A DNA stretch of 64,000 nucleotides from Terriglobia bacterium (lineage in GTDB: Bacteria > Acidobacteriota > Polarisedimenticolia > Polarisedimenticolales > JAIQFR01): assembly GCA_963748015.1 (NCBI GenBank), contig CAVVHE010000009.1, positions 32,001 to 96,000 of the forward strand, read 5' to 3'. Every line of letters starts with the position of its first letter. Positions within the stretch are counted from its first letter, which is position 1. The notes below the pieces were generated by a model. It had not been told where the DNA came from. It ran no database searches and saw only the letters and a list, made by a program, of their open reading frames with translations. The translations under genes were made by a program, and so were the position numbers. Below are positions 10,114 through 19,799 of this stretch, piece by piece.

Positions 10114-11324
10114 GGATGGTCCCACCTGCCCAGGCAGAGCACGGCGTTCGCGCCTCCGAAGCCGAACGAGTTCGACAGGACCACCCGCGCGTCGTGCCGC
10201 CTGGCCTCGCCCCTCACGACGTCGAGTCCGAGCGCCGTATCGGGCTCGCGGCAGCCGGTGGTCGGGGGAATGAGCCCTGTCCGGAGCGTCTGCACCGCCG
10301 CGATCGCCTCGATCGCTCCGGCCGCGCCGAGCGTGTGCCCGATGCTCCCCTTGAGCGAGGTGACCGGACAGCGTTCCGCGCGCTCGCCGAGCACGGCCCT
10401 CAAGGCTGCCGCCTCGGCGGCGTCGTTCAGCGGGGTCCCGGTGCCGTGCGCATTCACGTGATCCACCGCCCCGGGCGCGACGTCCGATCGCGCGAGCGCC
10501 GCGAGGATGGCCCGAGCGGCGCCGGCGCCGTCCGGGAGGGGTGCAGTCAGGTGGTGCGCGTCGGTGGTCTGCGCCCCGCCGAGAAGGACTGCCAGGACCT
10601 CCGCGCCGCGCGCCGTGGCCCCCGACTCTCGCTCGAGGATCAGCATCCCCGCGCCTTCGCCCAGCGAGAGGCCGTTGCGATTCCGATCGAACGGCCTGCA
10701 CGGCTCGGAGTCCACCACGCGCAAGGAGTGAAAGCCGCTGAGGACCAGACGGGCCAGCGCGTCGGCCCCCCCGGCGAGCACCACGTCCGCGAGCCCGCCT
10801 CGAATCAGCTCGGCGCCGAGAAGGATCGCCGAGGAGCCGGACGCGCAGGCGGTGTGGAGCGTCAGGCGGGGCCCCTCGAACCCGAATCGTGCCGCAAGCA
10901 GGTCCGCGGTCCCGGCCTTCTCGAACACCATGATCGCCGAGCGGCGCCCCGTCCGGCCTCGCGCACGCGCCTCGACGTATTCCTCGGACTCGGACACGCC
11001 GCCTGTCGTGGTCCCCACCACCACGCCGACGCGCCGGCGATCGCCAACCTCGGGGAGACCCGCTTGGCGCACCGCCTCAAGCGCGGCCGCCAGGGCGAGA
11101 CGATCCGTCCGCGAGGACACGCCCGCGTGGCCCGCGCGCGGAAGCGCCTCCTCGATCGCGGCGGCTATTCGGTCGGTTTCCTCGCCGAACCGGGCGTCGA
11201 GGCGACGGATCCCGCACCGCCCGGCGACGAGACCCTCCCACGAGGATCGAACGTCGCATCCCAGCGCGTTAAGGGTGCCGCAGCCCGTGATGACGACGCG
11301 AGACCGCCAATCCATGTCGGTCAT
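10110..11324 (-). CDS. Beta-ketoacyl-ACP synthase (FabF-like ketosynthase)
   Basis: Motifs TACASG (catalytic Cys), NAHGTGT, KGSIGHTLGAAG and NSFGFGG. Confidence 0.95.
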   Translation of the reverse strand: MTDMDWRSRVVITGCGTLNALGCDVRSSWEGLVAGRCGIRRLDARFGEETDRIAAAIEEALPRAGHAGVSSRTDRLALAAALEAVRQAGLPEVGDRRRVGVVVGTTTGGVSESEEYVEARARGRTGRRSAIMVFEKAGTADLLAARFGFEGPRLTLHTACASGSSAILLGAELIRGGLADVVLAGGADALARLVLSGFHSLRVVDSEPCRPFDRNRNGLSLGEGAGMLILERESGATARGAEVLAVLLGGAQTTDAHHLTAPLPDGAGAARAILAALARSDVAPGAVDHVNAHGTGTPLNDAAEAAALRAVLGERAERCPVTSLKGSIGHTLGAAGAIEAIAAVQTLRTGLIPPTTGCREPDTALGLDVVRGEARRHDARVVLSNSFGFGGANAVLCLGRWDHP

Positions 11325-11614
11325 GCACGAGCGGATCCCGGAGCGCCGCCGCTGCTCCTCCGCTCGCGCACGAAGCCCGCGAGCGTGGAGATCGACTGGA
11401 ACGCCTCCCGACCCGTCTTCTCGTCCCTGAGCTTGAACCCGAACCGCTCTTCCACCGCCAGCGTGAGCTCGAGAATGTCGATGGAATCGAGTCCCAAGGG
11501 TCCGCCGACGAGGGGATCTTCATCTCCGATCGAGTCCGGCGAAACGCCTGGAATGCGCAGCCTCTCCACCAGGAGATGCTTCAATTCCTGTTTCAACGGG
11601 CCGTCATCGATCAT
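11321..11614 (-). CDS. Acyl carrier protein
   Basis: LGLDSIDILEL phosphopantetheine attachment site in a 97-aa protein. Confidence 0.92.
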   Translation of the reverse strand: MIDDGPLKQELKHLLVERLRIPGVSPDSIGDEDPLVGGPLGLDSIDILELTLAVEERFGFKLRDEKTGREAFQSISTLAGFVRERRSSGGAPGSARA

Positions 11615-11661
11615 GCGTTCATGTTAGCACGCGGAACGCGCGGCGAGCCGGGCGGGACGGG

Positions 11662-12579
11662 TCACCGCCGCGGGCGTTCGGTGCCGCGCTGCGGCCAGAG
11701 GTCGTAGAAGTTGAACCACTGCTCCGGATAGCGCTGGACGACTCGCTCGAGCTGCCTTGCGTATTCGGAAACGCCCGCGACGATGTCGGCGTACCGGTCC
11801 GCGGTGCGCGGAAACACCACCGGCTCGCCGATCTCGCTGTGCCAGCGCCACCATCCCTCCTGCAGGACGAACGCCGGGATCAGCGCCGCCTCGCAGCCGT
11901 ACGCCAGGAGGAAGGGACCCAGTGGAAAACGGAACGGCGCCCCGAACAGGTCGACCTCGACCGCGCGCTCGTCCCATGCGCGGTCGCCCTGCATCGCCAC
12001 GATCTCGTTTCTGGCGAGCGCCGAGCGGAGCGCGATCGCGCTTCCCGCGTCGTGCCCGACCTGCAGGACCCGCACGCCCCAGCTCCTCCGCACGCGATTC
12101 AGCCACCGCTCCGGGGCGTTCCGACGCTCGAGCCGCATGGCCACGTGGACAGGCCGTCCTGTCGACCGGAGCGCGCGCGTTCCGACCTCCCAGTTGCCGA
12201 GGTGCGCGGTGAGGACCACAGCGCCGTTGCGGCGGTCGAGGGCGGCGCGGAACCGGTTCTCTCCCGTGGGGTCGCGTGCGAGGCTTTCTTCCAGGGCCTC
12301 CGGAGTCGTGGTGGAAAGCTCGCAGTAGCTCACCATGAACCGGCTGTAGTTGTAGAAGAGGCTCCAGACCGCGCGGCGCAGGCGCCAGCCGCCCCGGCCC
12401 AGCACGCGGCGAAGATTGCGGCTCGCGGCCTCCCGTTCCGGCTTCATGGCGGAGATGCAGATCGCCGTGGTCACGACGCCGATCGGAGGAACCAGAATCC
12501 GGGGCACGCGCGGGATGATGGTGAGGATCAGGCGCAAGGAGGTCGTCGTGTTCCAGCCGTGGGTGTACCACCGGCTCAT
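11662..12579 (-). CDS. Lipid acyltransferase (LpxL/lysophospholipid acyltransferase family)
   Basis: Motifs TAHLGNWE, MQGDR and YPEQWFNFY. Confidence 0.9.
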   Translation of the reverse strand: MSRWYTHGWNTTTSLRLILTIIPRVPRILVPPIGVVTTAICISAMKPEREAASRNLRRVLGRGGWRLRRAVWSLFYNYSRFMVSYCELSTTTPEALEESLARDPTGENRFRAALDRRNGAVVLTAHLGNWEVGTRALRSTGRPVHVAMRLERRNAPERWLNRVRRSWGVRVLQVGHDAGSAIALRSALARNEIVAMQGDRAWDERAVEVDLFGAPFRFPLGPFLLAYGCEAALIPAFVLQEGWWRWHSEIGEPVVFPRTADRYADIVAGVSEYARQLERVVQRYPEQWFNFYDLWPQRGTERPRR

Positions 12580-13355
12580 TCCCGCACCCCCGCCTCCGGG
12601 GAGAACATCGCAGGATCGAGGGCGGAGGGCTGGTACCGGAGGAAATCGAGGACGGTCACCTCCCCCCGCTCGTGGGCGAGGAGGTGCCGGATCTCCATCC
12701 GCGCGAGGACCATCCGGCTCCCTTCGCGGCGATAAACGCTGAAGAGGAGATCCTTCGCCTCCTTGCCGGAGCGCAAGCCAAGGCGAAGGCGTCGAGGAAG
12801 CCGATCCTCCCGGCCGACCCACAGGGTGCCGGCCGCGTAGGACGCCCTCGCGCTCCTGGCCTTCAAATCCAGGACCCAGCAGGGAGTGGCGTCCACGGAT
12901 TCCACGCCGTCTCTCACGGTCCCGTCGAATTCGTCGGCCAGGCGCATCCGGGCCAGGTCGGTCACCGAAGCGCCCCCGAGGAGCCGCTGGTTGGCGCTGA
13001 CCGCGATGGGCCGCTTCGAGCCCGGGACGATCAACCACACCCGGTCCCCGACCACGAGCACCTTTCTTCCCTTCTGCTTGCCCTCGCGGAAAACACAGAG
13101 GGTGCGGTCGAGGCCCTGGACGTACACGTCCAGCTCGGACTCGACGGGGTTCCCGTCCCGCCCGCGGACGAGCGCGTGCACCGAGATGACGCCCTCTTCG
13201 ACGACGTGCCGCGATTCATCCGCGGCGCGGAGCAGCTCCCGGGCGGAGACTTCCTCCGCCGACGGCCGGCCGAATCCCGCAGCGAGGACGAGGACGAGCG
13301 AGGCCTCGAGTCCGCGCCGCGCATACCGGCGCCGGCCTTCGGCACCTTCAGACAT
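12576..13355 (-). CDS. Outer-membrane lipoprotein-sorting (LolA-like) protein
   Basis: Signal-like N-terminus and ARELLRAAD...KGRKVLVVGDRVW...QRLLGG pattern. Lies next to a LolCDE-like ABC system. Confidence 0.75.
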   Translation of the reverse strand: MSEGAEGRRRYARRGLEASLVLVLAAGFGRPSAEEVSARELLRAADESRHVVEEGVISVHALVRGRDGNPVESELDVYVQGLDRTLCVFREGKQKGRKVLVVGDRVWLIVPGSKRPIAVSANQRLLGGASVTDLARMRLADEFDGTVRDGVESVDATPCWVLDLKARSARASYAAGTLWVGREDRLPRRLRLGLRSGKEAKDLLFSVYRREGSRMVLARMEIRHLLAHERGEVTVLDFLRYQPSALDPAMFSPEAGVRE

Positions 13356-14574
13356 GGGTCAGCGCCTCCACGATCGGCAGTCTCGAGGCCCGGCGCGCCG
13401 GAAAGTACGACGCGAGCATCACGGTGGAGAACATGGCGACGGCTCCCGCGACGTAGGCAACCGCGAAGAACTGCACGTGGAGGGGCGAGCCGTGGGCCGC
13501 GCCGGGTGGGGGCGGGAGCATGATCCCCGAGTGATTCAGGGCGAAACGGACGACGACCGATAGCACCGCACCGGCGGCGCAGCCGACCGCCGCCAGGAAG
13601 AAGCCCTCGAGGAGGAACAGCCGCCGGATCAGGCCCGGCCGCGTACCGAGGGCGCGAAGCGTTCCGATCTCGCGCGTCCTCTCCGCCGCCGCCATCAGCA
13701 TCGTGTTCGCGGCGGCGAGGAGAACGACGATCACGAGGACGAGGCCCATGAACCCGAAGATGCCGAAGTACAGCAGGCGGACCTGGCGGTAGAAGACCGC
13801 CAGCTCCTCCCAGGTCCGTCCGGCGAGCTCGATCCCCTCGCGACGGAGGAGCTGCCGCAGCCTCCCGACCGCTTCCGAGGAGTCGCCGGCGGACCGGAGC
13901 ATGACGACGATCCTCGAGACGCGGTCCGACGTTCCCATCAGCTCCCCCGCGAGGAGGAGCGACGTGGCCAGATAGCGATCGCTCAGTTCCCGGATCGGGA
14001 TGTCGACCCGCCCAACGACGGTCGCATCGACGGCGTTCAGCACGCCGTCCGCGGAGGTCGCCAGCAGCGTCACGCTGTCCCCCTCCGTCACGGATAGCGC
14101 CCGCGCCAGGCCGACCCCGAGGACGACGCCCCGCTCGTTTCGGTCCTTGAGCCAGCGGCCGGATCGGAGGAGGTCGGGGTAGTCCATCGTGCGCGCTTCT
14201 GGGGCGGGGTCGAGTCCCACGCCGAGGAACGGGACCGATCGTCCGCCCCCGGTCAGCAGCCCGACGAAATCGACCCTCGGGAGCACCTCGACGACCGCTG
14301 GATCGCGTCTCAAGATCCTCTCGATCCGATCGGCGCGGTCGAGCCCGTGCTCGAGCGACCCCTCGCCGTAGCCGTCGAATTCCGCCGGATCGGCCAGCTG
14401 GACGTGCCCCAACCCGCTCCGAATCGTCCCCTCGCGCAGGCCCTCCAGGCTCTGCGCCATGAAGCCGCCCGCCAGCGCGAACGCGGCGAATCCGAAGACG
14501 ACGACGCCGGCCGTGAGAAGACTCCGGCGCCGGTTGCGGGTCACGTTGCGAGCGGCCAGGTGCCAAAGCGTCAT
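13348..14574 (-). CDS. ABC transporter permease (FtsX/LolC-E-like)
   Basis: Motifs ARNVTRNRRRSLLT, ERTREIGTLRALG and PARRASRL...EAL. Confidence 0.9.
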   Translation of the reverse strand: MTLWHLAARNVTRNRRRSLLTAGVVVFGFAAFALAGGFMAQSLEGLREGTIRSGLGHVQLADPAEFDGYGEGSLEHGLDRADRIERILRRDPAVVEVLPRVDFVGLLTGGGRSVPFLGVGLDPAPEARTMDYPDLLRSGRWLKDRNERGVVLGVGLARALSVTEGDSVTLLATSADGVLNAVDATVVGRVDIPIRELSDRYLATSLLLAGELMGTSDRVSRIVVMLRSAGDSSEAVGRLRQLLRREGIELAGRTWEELAVFYRQVRLLYFGIFGFMGLVLVIVVLLAAANTMLMAAAERTREIGTLRALGTRPGLIRRLFLLEGFFLAAVGCAAGAVLSVVVRFALNHSGIMLPPPPGAAHGSPLHVQFFAVAYVAGAVAMFSTVMLASYFPARRASRLPIVEALTHV

Positions 14575-15263
14575 TCGCTCTCCACGATGCACCCGTCGCG
14601 GAGGCTCACGACCCGGCGGGCCCTGGCGACTACCCTCGGATCGTGGGTCGCCACGACGAACGCCACCCCGCGCTCGCGATTGAGCCGGTCGACGAGCTCG
14701 AGGATCCCTTCGGACGTTCGCGTGTCGAGGCTGGCGGTGGGCTCGTCCGCCAGCACCACGTCCGGCTCGTTAGCCACGGCCCGGGCGATGGCGACTCGCT
14801 GACGCTCGCCGCCGGAAAGCAGATCCGGGCGGACGTTTTCCTTGCCTGCGAGTCCCACCTGGGCGAGCAGCTCGCGGGCCCGCCTCCGCCTCTCGGCCAC
14901 GGGCGCTCCGCGCAGCATCAAGGGGTATTCGACGTTCTCCGCGGTGGTGAACACCGGCATGAGATTGAAGGTCTGGAAGACGAAGCCGAGGCGGTCGCGG
15001 CGCAGGTCGGAGAGCGCGTTCTCGTCGAGCCCCTCGATCCGGCGGCCATCGAGGAGGACCTCGCCCTCGTCCGGCCGGTCGAGAAAGCCCAGCAGGTTCA
15101 TCAGGGTCGTTTTCCCGGAGCCGGAAGGCCCCTGCAGAACGAGAAACTCGCCGGGCCGGACCTCCAGGTCGATCCCCCTCACCGCGGGGAACACCGCGGC
15201 GCCCAGGCGGTAGCTCCTCACCAGCCCACGGCCTTCGAGAATGGCGGGACTCCCGGGACTCAC
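14571..15263 (-). CDS. ABC transporter ATP-binding protein (LolD/MacB-like)
   Basis: Motifs GPSGSGKT, LSGGERQRVAIARA, DEPT and THD. Start uncertain. Confidence 0.92.
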   Translation of the reverse strand: MSPGSPAILEGRGLVRSYRLGAAVFPAVRGIDLEVRPGEFLVLQGPSGSGKTTLMNLLGFLDRPDEGEVLLDGRRIEGLDENALSDLRRDRLGFVFQTFNLMPVFTTAENVEYPLMLRGAPVAERRRRARELLAQVGLAGKENVRPDLLSGGERQRVAIARAVANEPDVVLADEPTASLDTRTSEGILELVDRLNRERGVAFVVATHDPRVVARARRVVSLRDGCIVESE

Positions 15264-15495
15264 GGATTGCCTCCGGACCGGAGCCGATGCGCATCCACCG
15301 GCGCCTCGCGGGATTATACCGGCCCACGCGGTCGCGACGGGGGCCGCTCCCGCCGCGGTCCACTTCACCCGTCAGCGCTTGCGGGTGTAGACTCTCGGCC
15401 GGGCGCGTGACCTCCTCGAAAAGAGACCGGCCGAGGTGTCCGACGAGATCAAGGGTGAGACGTAAAGCCGGCCTCGCGGCGAGGCGCTGACGTCG

Positions 15496-16578
15496 GTGCG
15501 CCCGCCTCTCGATCGGAATCCCTCCCGCGAAAACTCCCCGGCCCCGCTTCCGCGAGACTGGAGGCGCGCGGACCTTCACGTCCACACGAGCTTCTCGGGC
15601 TGGGGGTACATGCGGTGGATCGGTGCGCGAGACTGCTACGTGGCACCCGAGACGGCGTTCGAATTCGCGCGAGCGCGCGGCATGGACTTCGTCTGCTTCA
15701 CGGACCACAACTCGATCTCCGGCGGGCTCGACTTCCTGTCCCGGCGCCCCGAGGACGCGGATCGGGTCATCGTCGGCGAGGAGGTGGAAACCACGTTCCC
15801 GGGCTCTCCCCAGCGACTCCACGTGAGCGTGTTCGACGTGGACGAGAGACTCCACGAAGACATCGCTCGCCTGCGAGGCAACTGCTTCGAGCTGATCGAG
15901 CAGCTGCGCTCCCGGTGCGTCTTCTTCGCCCTGAACCACCCTCTTCGCGGGTTCCGGTCGATCCGATCCGCTCGCCGCCACCTCGCGCAGGTCGTTCCGC
16001 TGGTTCCCGCCATCGAGATCTGCAACGGGTCGGACCCGCGGAGCTACGCGGCGGTGCTGAGCGCGATGATCGATTCCGGCGGGGCGGACCCGAAGGTCCT
16101 GGTCGGAGGAAGCGACGCGCACCGCGCGTCGCGCATCGGGACCGTCCACACCCTGGCGCCCGGACGCTCGAAGTCGGAGTTCCTGGACAGCCTCCGCCAG
16201 GGGAGATGCGCTATCGGCGGGTCCCCGCCGGGACTCGGCCCTCTGGTCTGGGACGTTTACGCCATCATCGGCGAGTACTACCGACGCCTCCTTGCCGATC
16301 TTGGCTCGGCATCGTGGCGAGTGCGGATCCCGCATCTCCCCGGTGCGTCGGTACTCGTGCCTGCGGTCCTGGGCGGCGTGCCGGTCGCCCTCACGATCGC
16401 CCAGGCCCTGCGCCAGGAGTGGATCGCTCGGTTCGGCCGGTGGGATGAGCTCGCGTTCATCCCCCCGAGGTCGATCGAGGCTGCCGGAGGCGCGGAACCC
16501 GCCGACCGCTCCGCGGCGTTCGTCGCGGCGCCGGCGGCCGCGTGGATGCAAGATCCCGGGACTTCCGGTCACGATTAG
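15496..16578 (+). CDS. PHP-domain metallo-phosphoesterase
   Basis: Motifs DLHVHT, FTDHN, LNHP and GSDAH. Confidence 0.85.
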   Translation: MRPPLDRNPSRENSPAPLPRDWRRADLHVHTSFSGWGYMRWIGARDCYVAPETAFEFARARGMDFVCFTDHNSISGGLDFLSRRPEDADRVIVGEEVETTFPGSPQRLHVSVFDVDERLHEDIARLRGNCFELIEQLRSRCVFFALNHPLRGFRSIRSARRHLAQVVPLVPAIEICNGSDPRSYAAVLSAMIDSGGADPKVLVGGSDAHRASRIGTVHTLAPGRSKSEFLDSLRQGRCAIGGSPPGLGPLVWDVYAIIGEYYRRLLADLGSASWRVRIPHLPGASVLVPAVLGGVPVALTIAQALRQEWIARFGRWDELAFIPPRSIEAAGGAEPADRSAAFVAAPAAAWMQDPGTSGHD

Positions 16579-16608
16579 CTGCCGGGGAAGGGCCGAGAGG
16601 CCGAAGCC

Positions 16609-17514
16609 ATGGCACATCTCGATGCGAAACGGAAGAGAATCGTTTTCGCGGGAATCCTGCTGATGCTCTCCACCCTTGGCGCGCGCTCCGCCGGGGATCC
16701 GGGGCGCGGGCGCGCGGACGAGATCCTGATTCGCTCGCCTCTGATGCCGGACCCCGTGCCGGTGCGGGTGTGGCTGCCGCCCGGGATCGAGGCCGCCCGG
16801 CCCGGAACGGTGCCCCTGCTGGTGTTCCTCCACGACGGCTTCGGCTCGGAAAAGTCGTTCATCCGGAAGGGACTCGTGGAGCTCCTCGAGAAACTGATCG
16901 CGCGGGGCGAAGTGCCCCCGATCGCCGTGGCCTGCCCGAGAACGGTCGGCACGTACAACAGCAACGACCACGGGGGCCGGCGGCGCACCTTCGACTTCCT
17001 GACCGAGGCCGTCGTACCCGAGCTGCTCGCTCGTTACCCTGGGCTCAGGCGCGATCCGGGCGGTAGGGGCGTGACGGGGATCTCGCTGGGCGGTTACGGC
17101 GCGCTGAAGATCGCCCTTCGGCGTCCCGAGCTGTTCGGCTCGGCGTCGGCGCTTTCGCCCTGGGTCGAGGATCTCTCCTTCGAGTTCCAGATGAAACAAG
17201 GGGCGTTCGGCCGCTGGGCGCTGGGCCGTGTCTTCGGAAAGGAACCCAAGACGAGCACGATCTCGAGGGAATCGTTGTTCCGGATCGTCACCGAAACCAC
17301 GGGGCCCGGGAACGTCCCGCCGATGCTGCTGATCTCGGGAGATGCGGATCCCTGGGTCCTGAACGGCAATCTGGACCGGCTCGAGCGCGCGCTCTCCGCC
17401 GCCGGCGTCGCGTTCGAGACCATCCGCGGTCCCGGCGATCACGAGTGGCCCTTCTGGCGGGAGGCGTTCCCGCAGATCCTGCGCTTCCACGCCGCGCGAT
17501 TCGAGCCGCGCTAG
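16609..17514 (+). CDS. Secreted alpha/beta-hydrolase (esterase family)
   Basis: Signal peptide, GISLGG nucleophile elbow and GDHEW. Confidence 0.85.
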   Translation: MAHLDAKRKRIVFAGILLMLSTLGARSAGDPGRGRADEILIRSPLMPDPVPVRVWLPPGIEAARPGTVPLLVFLHDGFGSEKSFIRKGLVELLEKLIARGEVPPIAVACPRTVGTYNSNDHGGRRRTFDFLTEAVVPELLARYPGLRRDPGGRGVTGISLGGYGALKIALRRPELFGSASALSPWVEDLSFEFQMKQGAFGRWALGRVFGKEPKTSTISRESLFRIVTETTGPGNVPPMLLISGDADPWVLNGNLDRLERALSAAGVAFETIRGPGDHEWPFWREAFPQILRFHAARFEPR

Positions 17515-18230
17515 CCGCAGCTTCCGCCACCCTGAGCCCGGCCGGCCTCCGCCACGGGAGGGAACCTCCTTGGCCCCCCGTGCGTCATTATGGGAGCCGG
17601 GGCCGAGGGGCGAGCCGGGAAGCGGCCACGGCGGATCGGACTCGAGGAACAGAGGAGCGGTTCTTGGCGGATATCGTCGCGCTCGTCGAGCGGTGCCGTA
17701 GAGGGGACGACCTCGCGTGGGAGGCGCTGGTGCGTTCGTGTCAATCGAGAGTCTACTCGGTCGCCCTCCACTACCTGAGGGACCGGGAGGAAGCGAAGGA
17801 CATCGCGCAGGACGTCTTCGTGCGGGTCTATCGAAACCTCGACTCGTTCGAGAACCGCGAGGAGAACTTCCTTCCCTGGCTGCTCTCCCTCACGCGAAAC
17901 GCCTCGATCGACCGCCTGAGACGAATGAAGGTGCGCCCCGCGGTGCCCGCGGTTTCCGTCGACGAAGGACCCGAGATCGCCGACGACCGCCCCACCCCCG
18001 AGCAGGCCGCGGTCGCCGCCCGCGAGGGACGGCTCGTGCGCCGCGCGATCGCCGAGCTGAACGACGACCACCGGGAGATGATCCTGCTCCACGAAATCCA
18101 GGGGCTCGAGCTGCGGCAGATCTCCGAGCTGCTCGCGCTGCCGATCGGCACGGTGAAGTCCCGGTCCATGCGGGCCCGTCTCGCGCTCGCGCGGACGGTG
18201 CTCGCCCTCGATCCCTCCTATGGAGCCTGA
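17445..18230 (+). CDS. ECF sigma-70 factor (true start probably near 17660)
   Basis: Region 2 DIAQDVF and WLLSLTRNASIDRLRR; region 4 LPIGTVKSR. Confidence 0.9.
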   Translation: MALLAGGVPADPALPRRAIRAALAAASATLSPAGLRHGREPPWPPVRHYGSRGRGASREAATADRTRGTEERFLADIVALVERCRRGDDLAWEALVRSCQSRVYSVALHYLRDREEAKDIAQDVFVRVYRNLDSFENREENFLPWLLSLTRNASIDRLRRMKVRPAVPAVSVDEGPEIADDRPTPEQAAVAAREGRLVRRAIAELNDDHREMILLHEIQGLELRQISELLALPIGTVKSRSMRARLALARTVLALDPSYGA

Positions 18231-19125
18231 CGCGATGGACTGCCGGGGATTCGACGATCGTCTCGACGCGCTGCTCGACGGCGGCCTCGCCGCCGGGGAG
18301 CGGGCGACGTTCGAGGCGCACGCGGCCGGCTGTCCCCGGTGCGGAAAGCTCCTCTCGCTCCTTTCGGCCGAGCTCGACGTCGACCAGGTGGAAGCGCCCG
18401 AGGGGCTGGCGGAGACGGTGCTGGAGCGCACCAGCGGCGCACCGTGCGCCCGCGCGCAGGAGCTGGCGTGCGACCTTGCGGACGGCGTCCTCGACCCGGC
18501 CGACGCGGAGCTCGCCCGTCTCCACCTCGACCGCTGCCCCGAATGCGGGCCGATCGCGAGGGCGCTGGCGCGCCTTCGGGAAGACCTGCCGGGGCTCGCG
18601 GAAGCGGCTCCCGGCGAGGGATTCGTCGAGAGCGTGCTCGCCCGCACCTCGCGGAGCTGGCCGCGGCGGATGGAGAGGTGGCGCGAGCGCGTCGCCTACG
18701 GCTTCAACCGGCTCCTGACCCGCCCGCGGTTCGCGGCGGAGGGGGCCTATCTCGGCTCGCTCGTGCTCACCGCGCTGGTCGCCGTCCCGGGATCGCCCTT
18801 CCGCGGGCTGCCGGCGCGCGCGCTCGCCGCGACGCGCGTCCCGATCACGGCGCAGGCCTCGGCGCTGGCGGAGCCGGTCGCGGAGCTGAAGGCGCGGGCC
18901 GGGGAGCTAGGCGGCCTCGCGCGCGAATCGTTCGAGAAGCGGCTGGCCGGGCCGGTCCAGACCGTCGAGAAGCAAGCGGACGGGGCGGTCGGCGCGATCC
19001 GGGCGCTCGGAAGCCGGCTCGGCCACCTCGTCGCGAACGCCAGCCCGGACGGCGACACATCTGGAACCGAAACGACGACTCCCTCCCGAGAGGAAGCGAA
19101 AGAAGAGAAGGAGAAGAAACCATGA
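18220..19125 (+). CDS. Anti-sigma factor with two zf-HC2 (ZAS) domains and a TM segment
   Basis: HAAGCPRC and HLDRCPEC, each preceded by a C...L...DG.L helix. Overlaps the sigma gene. Confidence 0.85.
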   Translation: MEPDAMDCRGFDDRLDALLDGGLAAGERATFEAHAAGCPRCGKLLSLLSAELDVDQVEAPEGLAETVLERTSGAPCARAQELACDLADGVLDPADAELARLHLDRCPECGPIARALARLREDLPGLAEAAPGEGFVESVLARTSRSWPRRMERWRERVAYGFNRLLTRPRFAAEGAYLGSLVLTALVAVPGSPFRGLPARALAATRVPITAQASALAEPVAELKARAGELGGLARESFEKRLAGPVQTVEKQADGAVGAIRALGSRLGHLVANASPDGDTSGTETTTPSREEAKEEKEKKP

Positions 19126-19739
19126 GCGGCTCCCAGTACGACACGATGACCGTGAACGCCGATCCCCAGGCCGTCCCGCCACAGGCGCCGCCGGCCGCGG
19201 TGCGGCAGGCGGCCTGGGTGCAGCCGGCCGCCGCCTTTACCGACCCGCGCAAGAAGTCCCCGGCCCTCGCCTGCATCCTCTCGTTCATGCCGGGCCTCGG
19301 CCAGATCTACGTCGGCTATTACTCGCGAGGGTTCGTCCACGCGATCACCGTGGGAAGCATCATCGCGATCCTGAATGCGACCGAGGGAGCGGCCGACGCC
19401 GGGCCCGGACCGGCGAGCGCGCTCACCCCGCTGCTGGGGATCTTCCTGGCGTTCTTCTGGCTGTACAACATCATCGATGCCGGCAGGCGCGCGGCGCTCT
19501 ACAACTACGCCCTCGCGGGAATCGGGAACGTGGAGCTGCCCGAGGACTTCACCAAGACCGGCGTCGGCGGGTCGATCCTCGGCGGCGTCGTGCTCATCGC
19601 GTTCGGCCTCGTGGCGTTCTCCAATACCCTTTTCGGGGTCTCGCTCGACTGGCTCAAGTACTGGTGGCCGCTGGCCCCGCTCGCGTTCGGCGTCTACCTG
19701 ATCGCGAAGGCGGTCTCCGACCGGAACAAGAAGAGCTGA
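19122..19739 (+). CDS. Membrane protein (TM2/LiaF-like) in the ECF operon
   Basis: KSPALACILSFMPGLGQIYVG, several TM helices and a WWP motif. Confidence 0.75.
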   Translation: MSGSQYDTMTVNADPQAVPPQAPPAAVRQAAWVQPAAAFTDPRKKSPALACILSFMPGLGQIYVGYYSRGFVHAITVGSIIAILNATEGAADAGPGPASALTPLLGIFLAFFWLYNIIDAGRRAALYNYALAGIGNVELPEDFTKTGVGGSILGGVVLIAFGLVAFSNTLFGVSLDWLKYWWPLAPLAFGVYLIAKAVSDRNKKS

Positions 19740-19799
19740 CCGCGGGCGCCCTCGACCCGCGTTGAGAACGGCGGCGGGTCCCTGTATTCTCGCTCCCCC

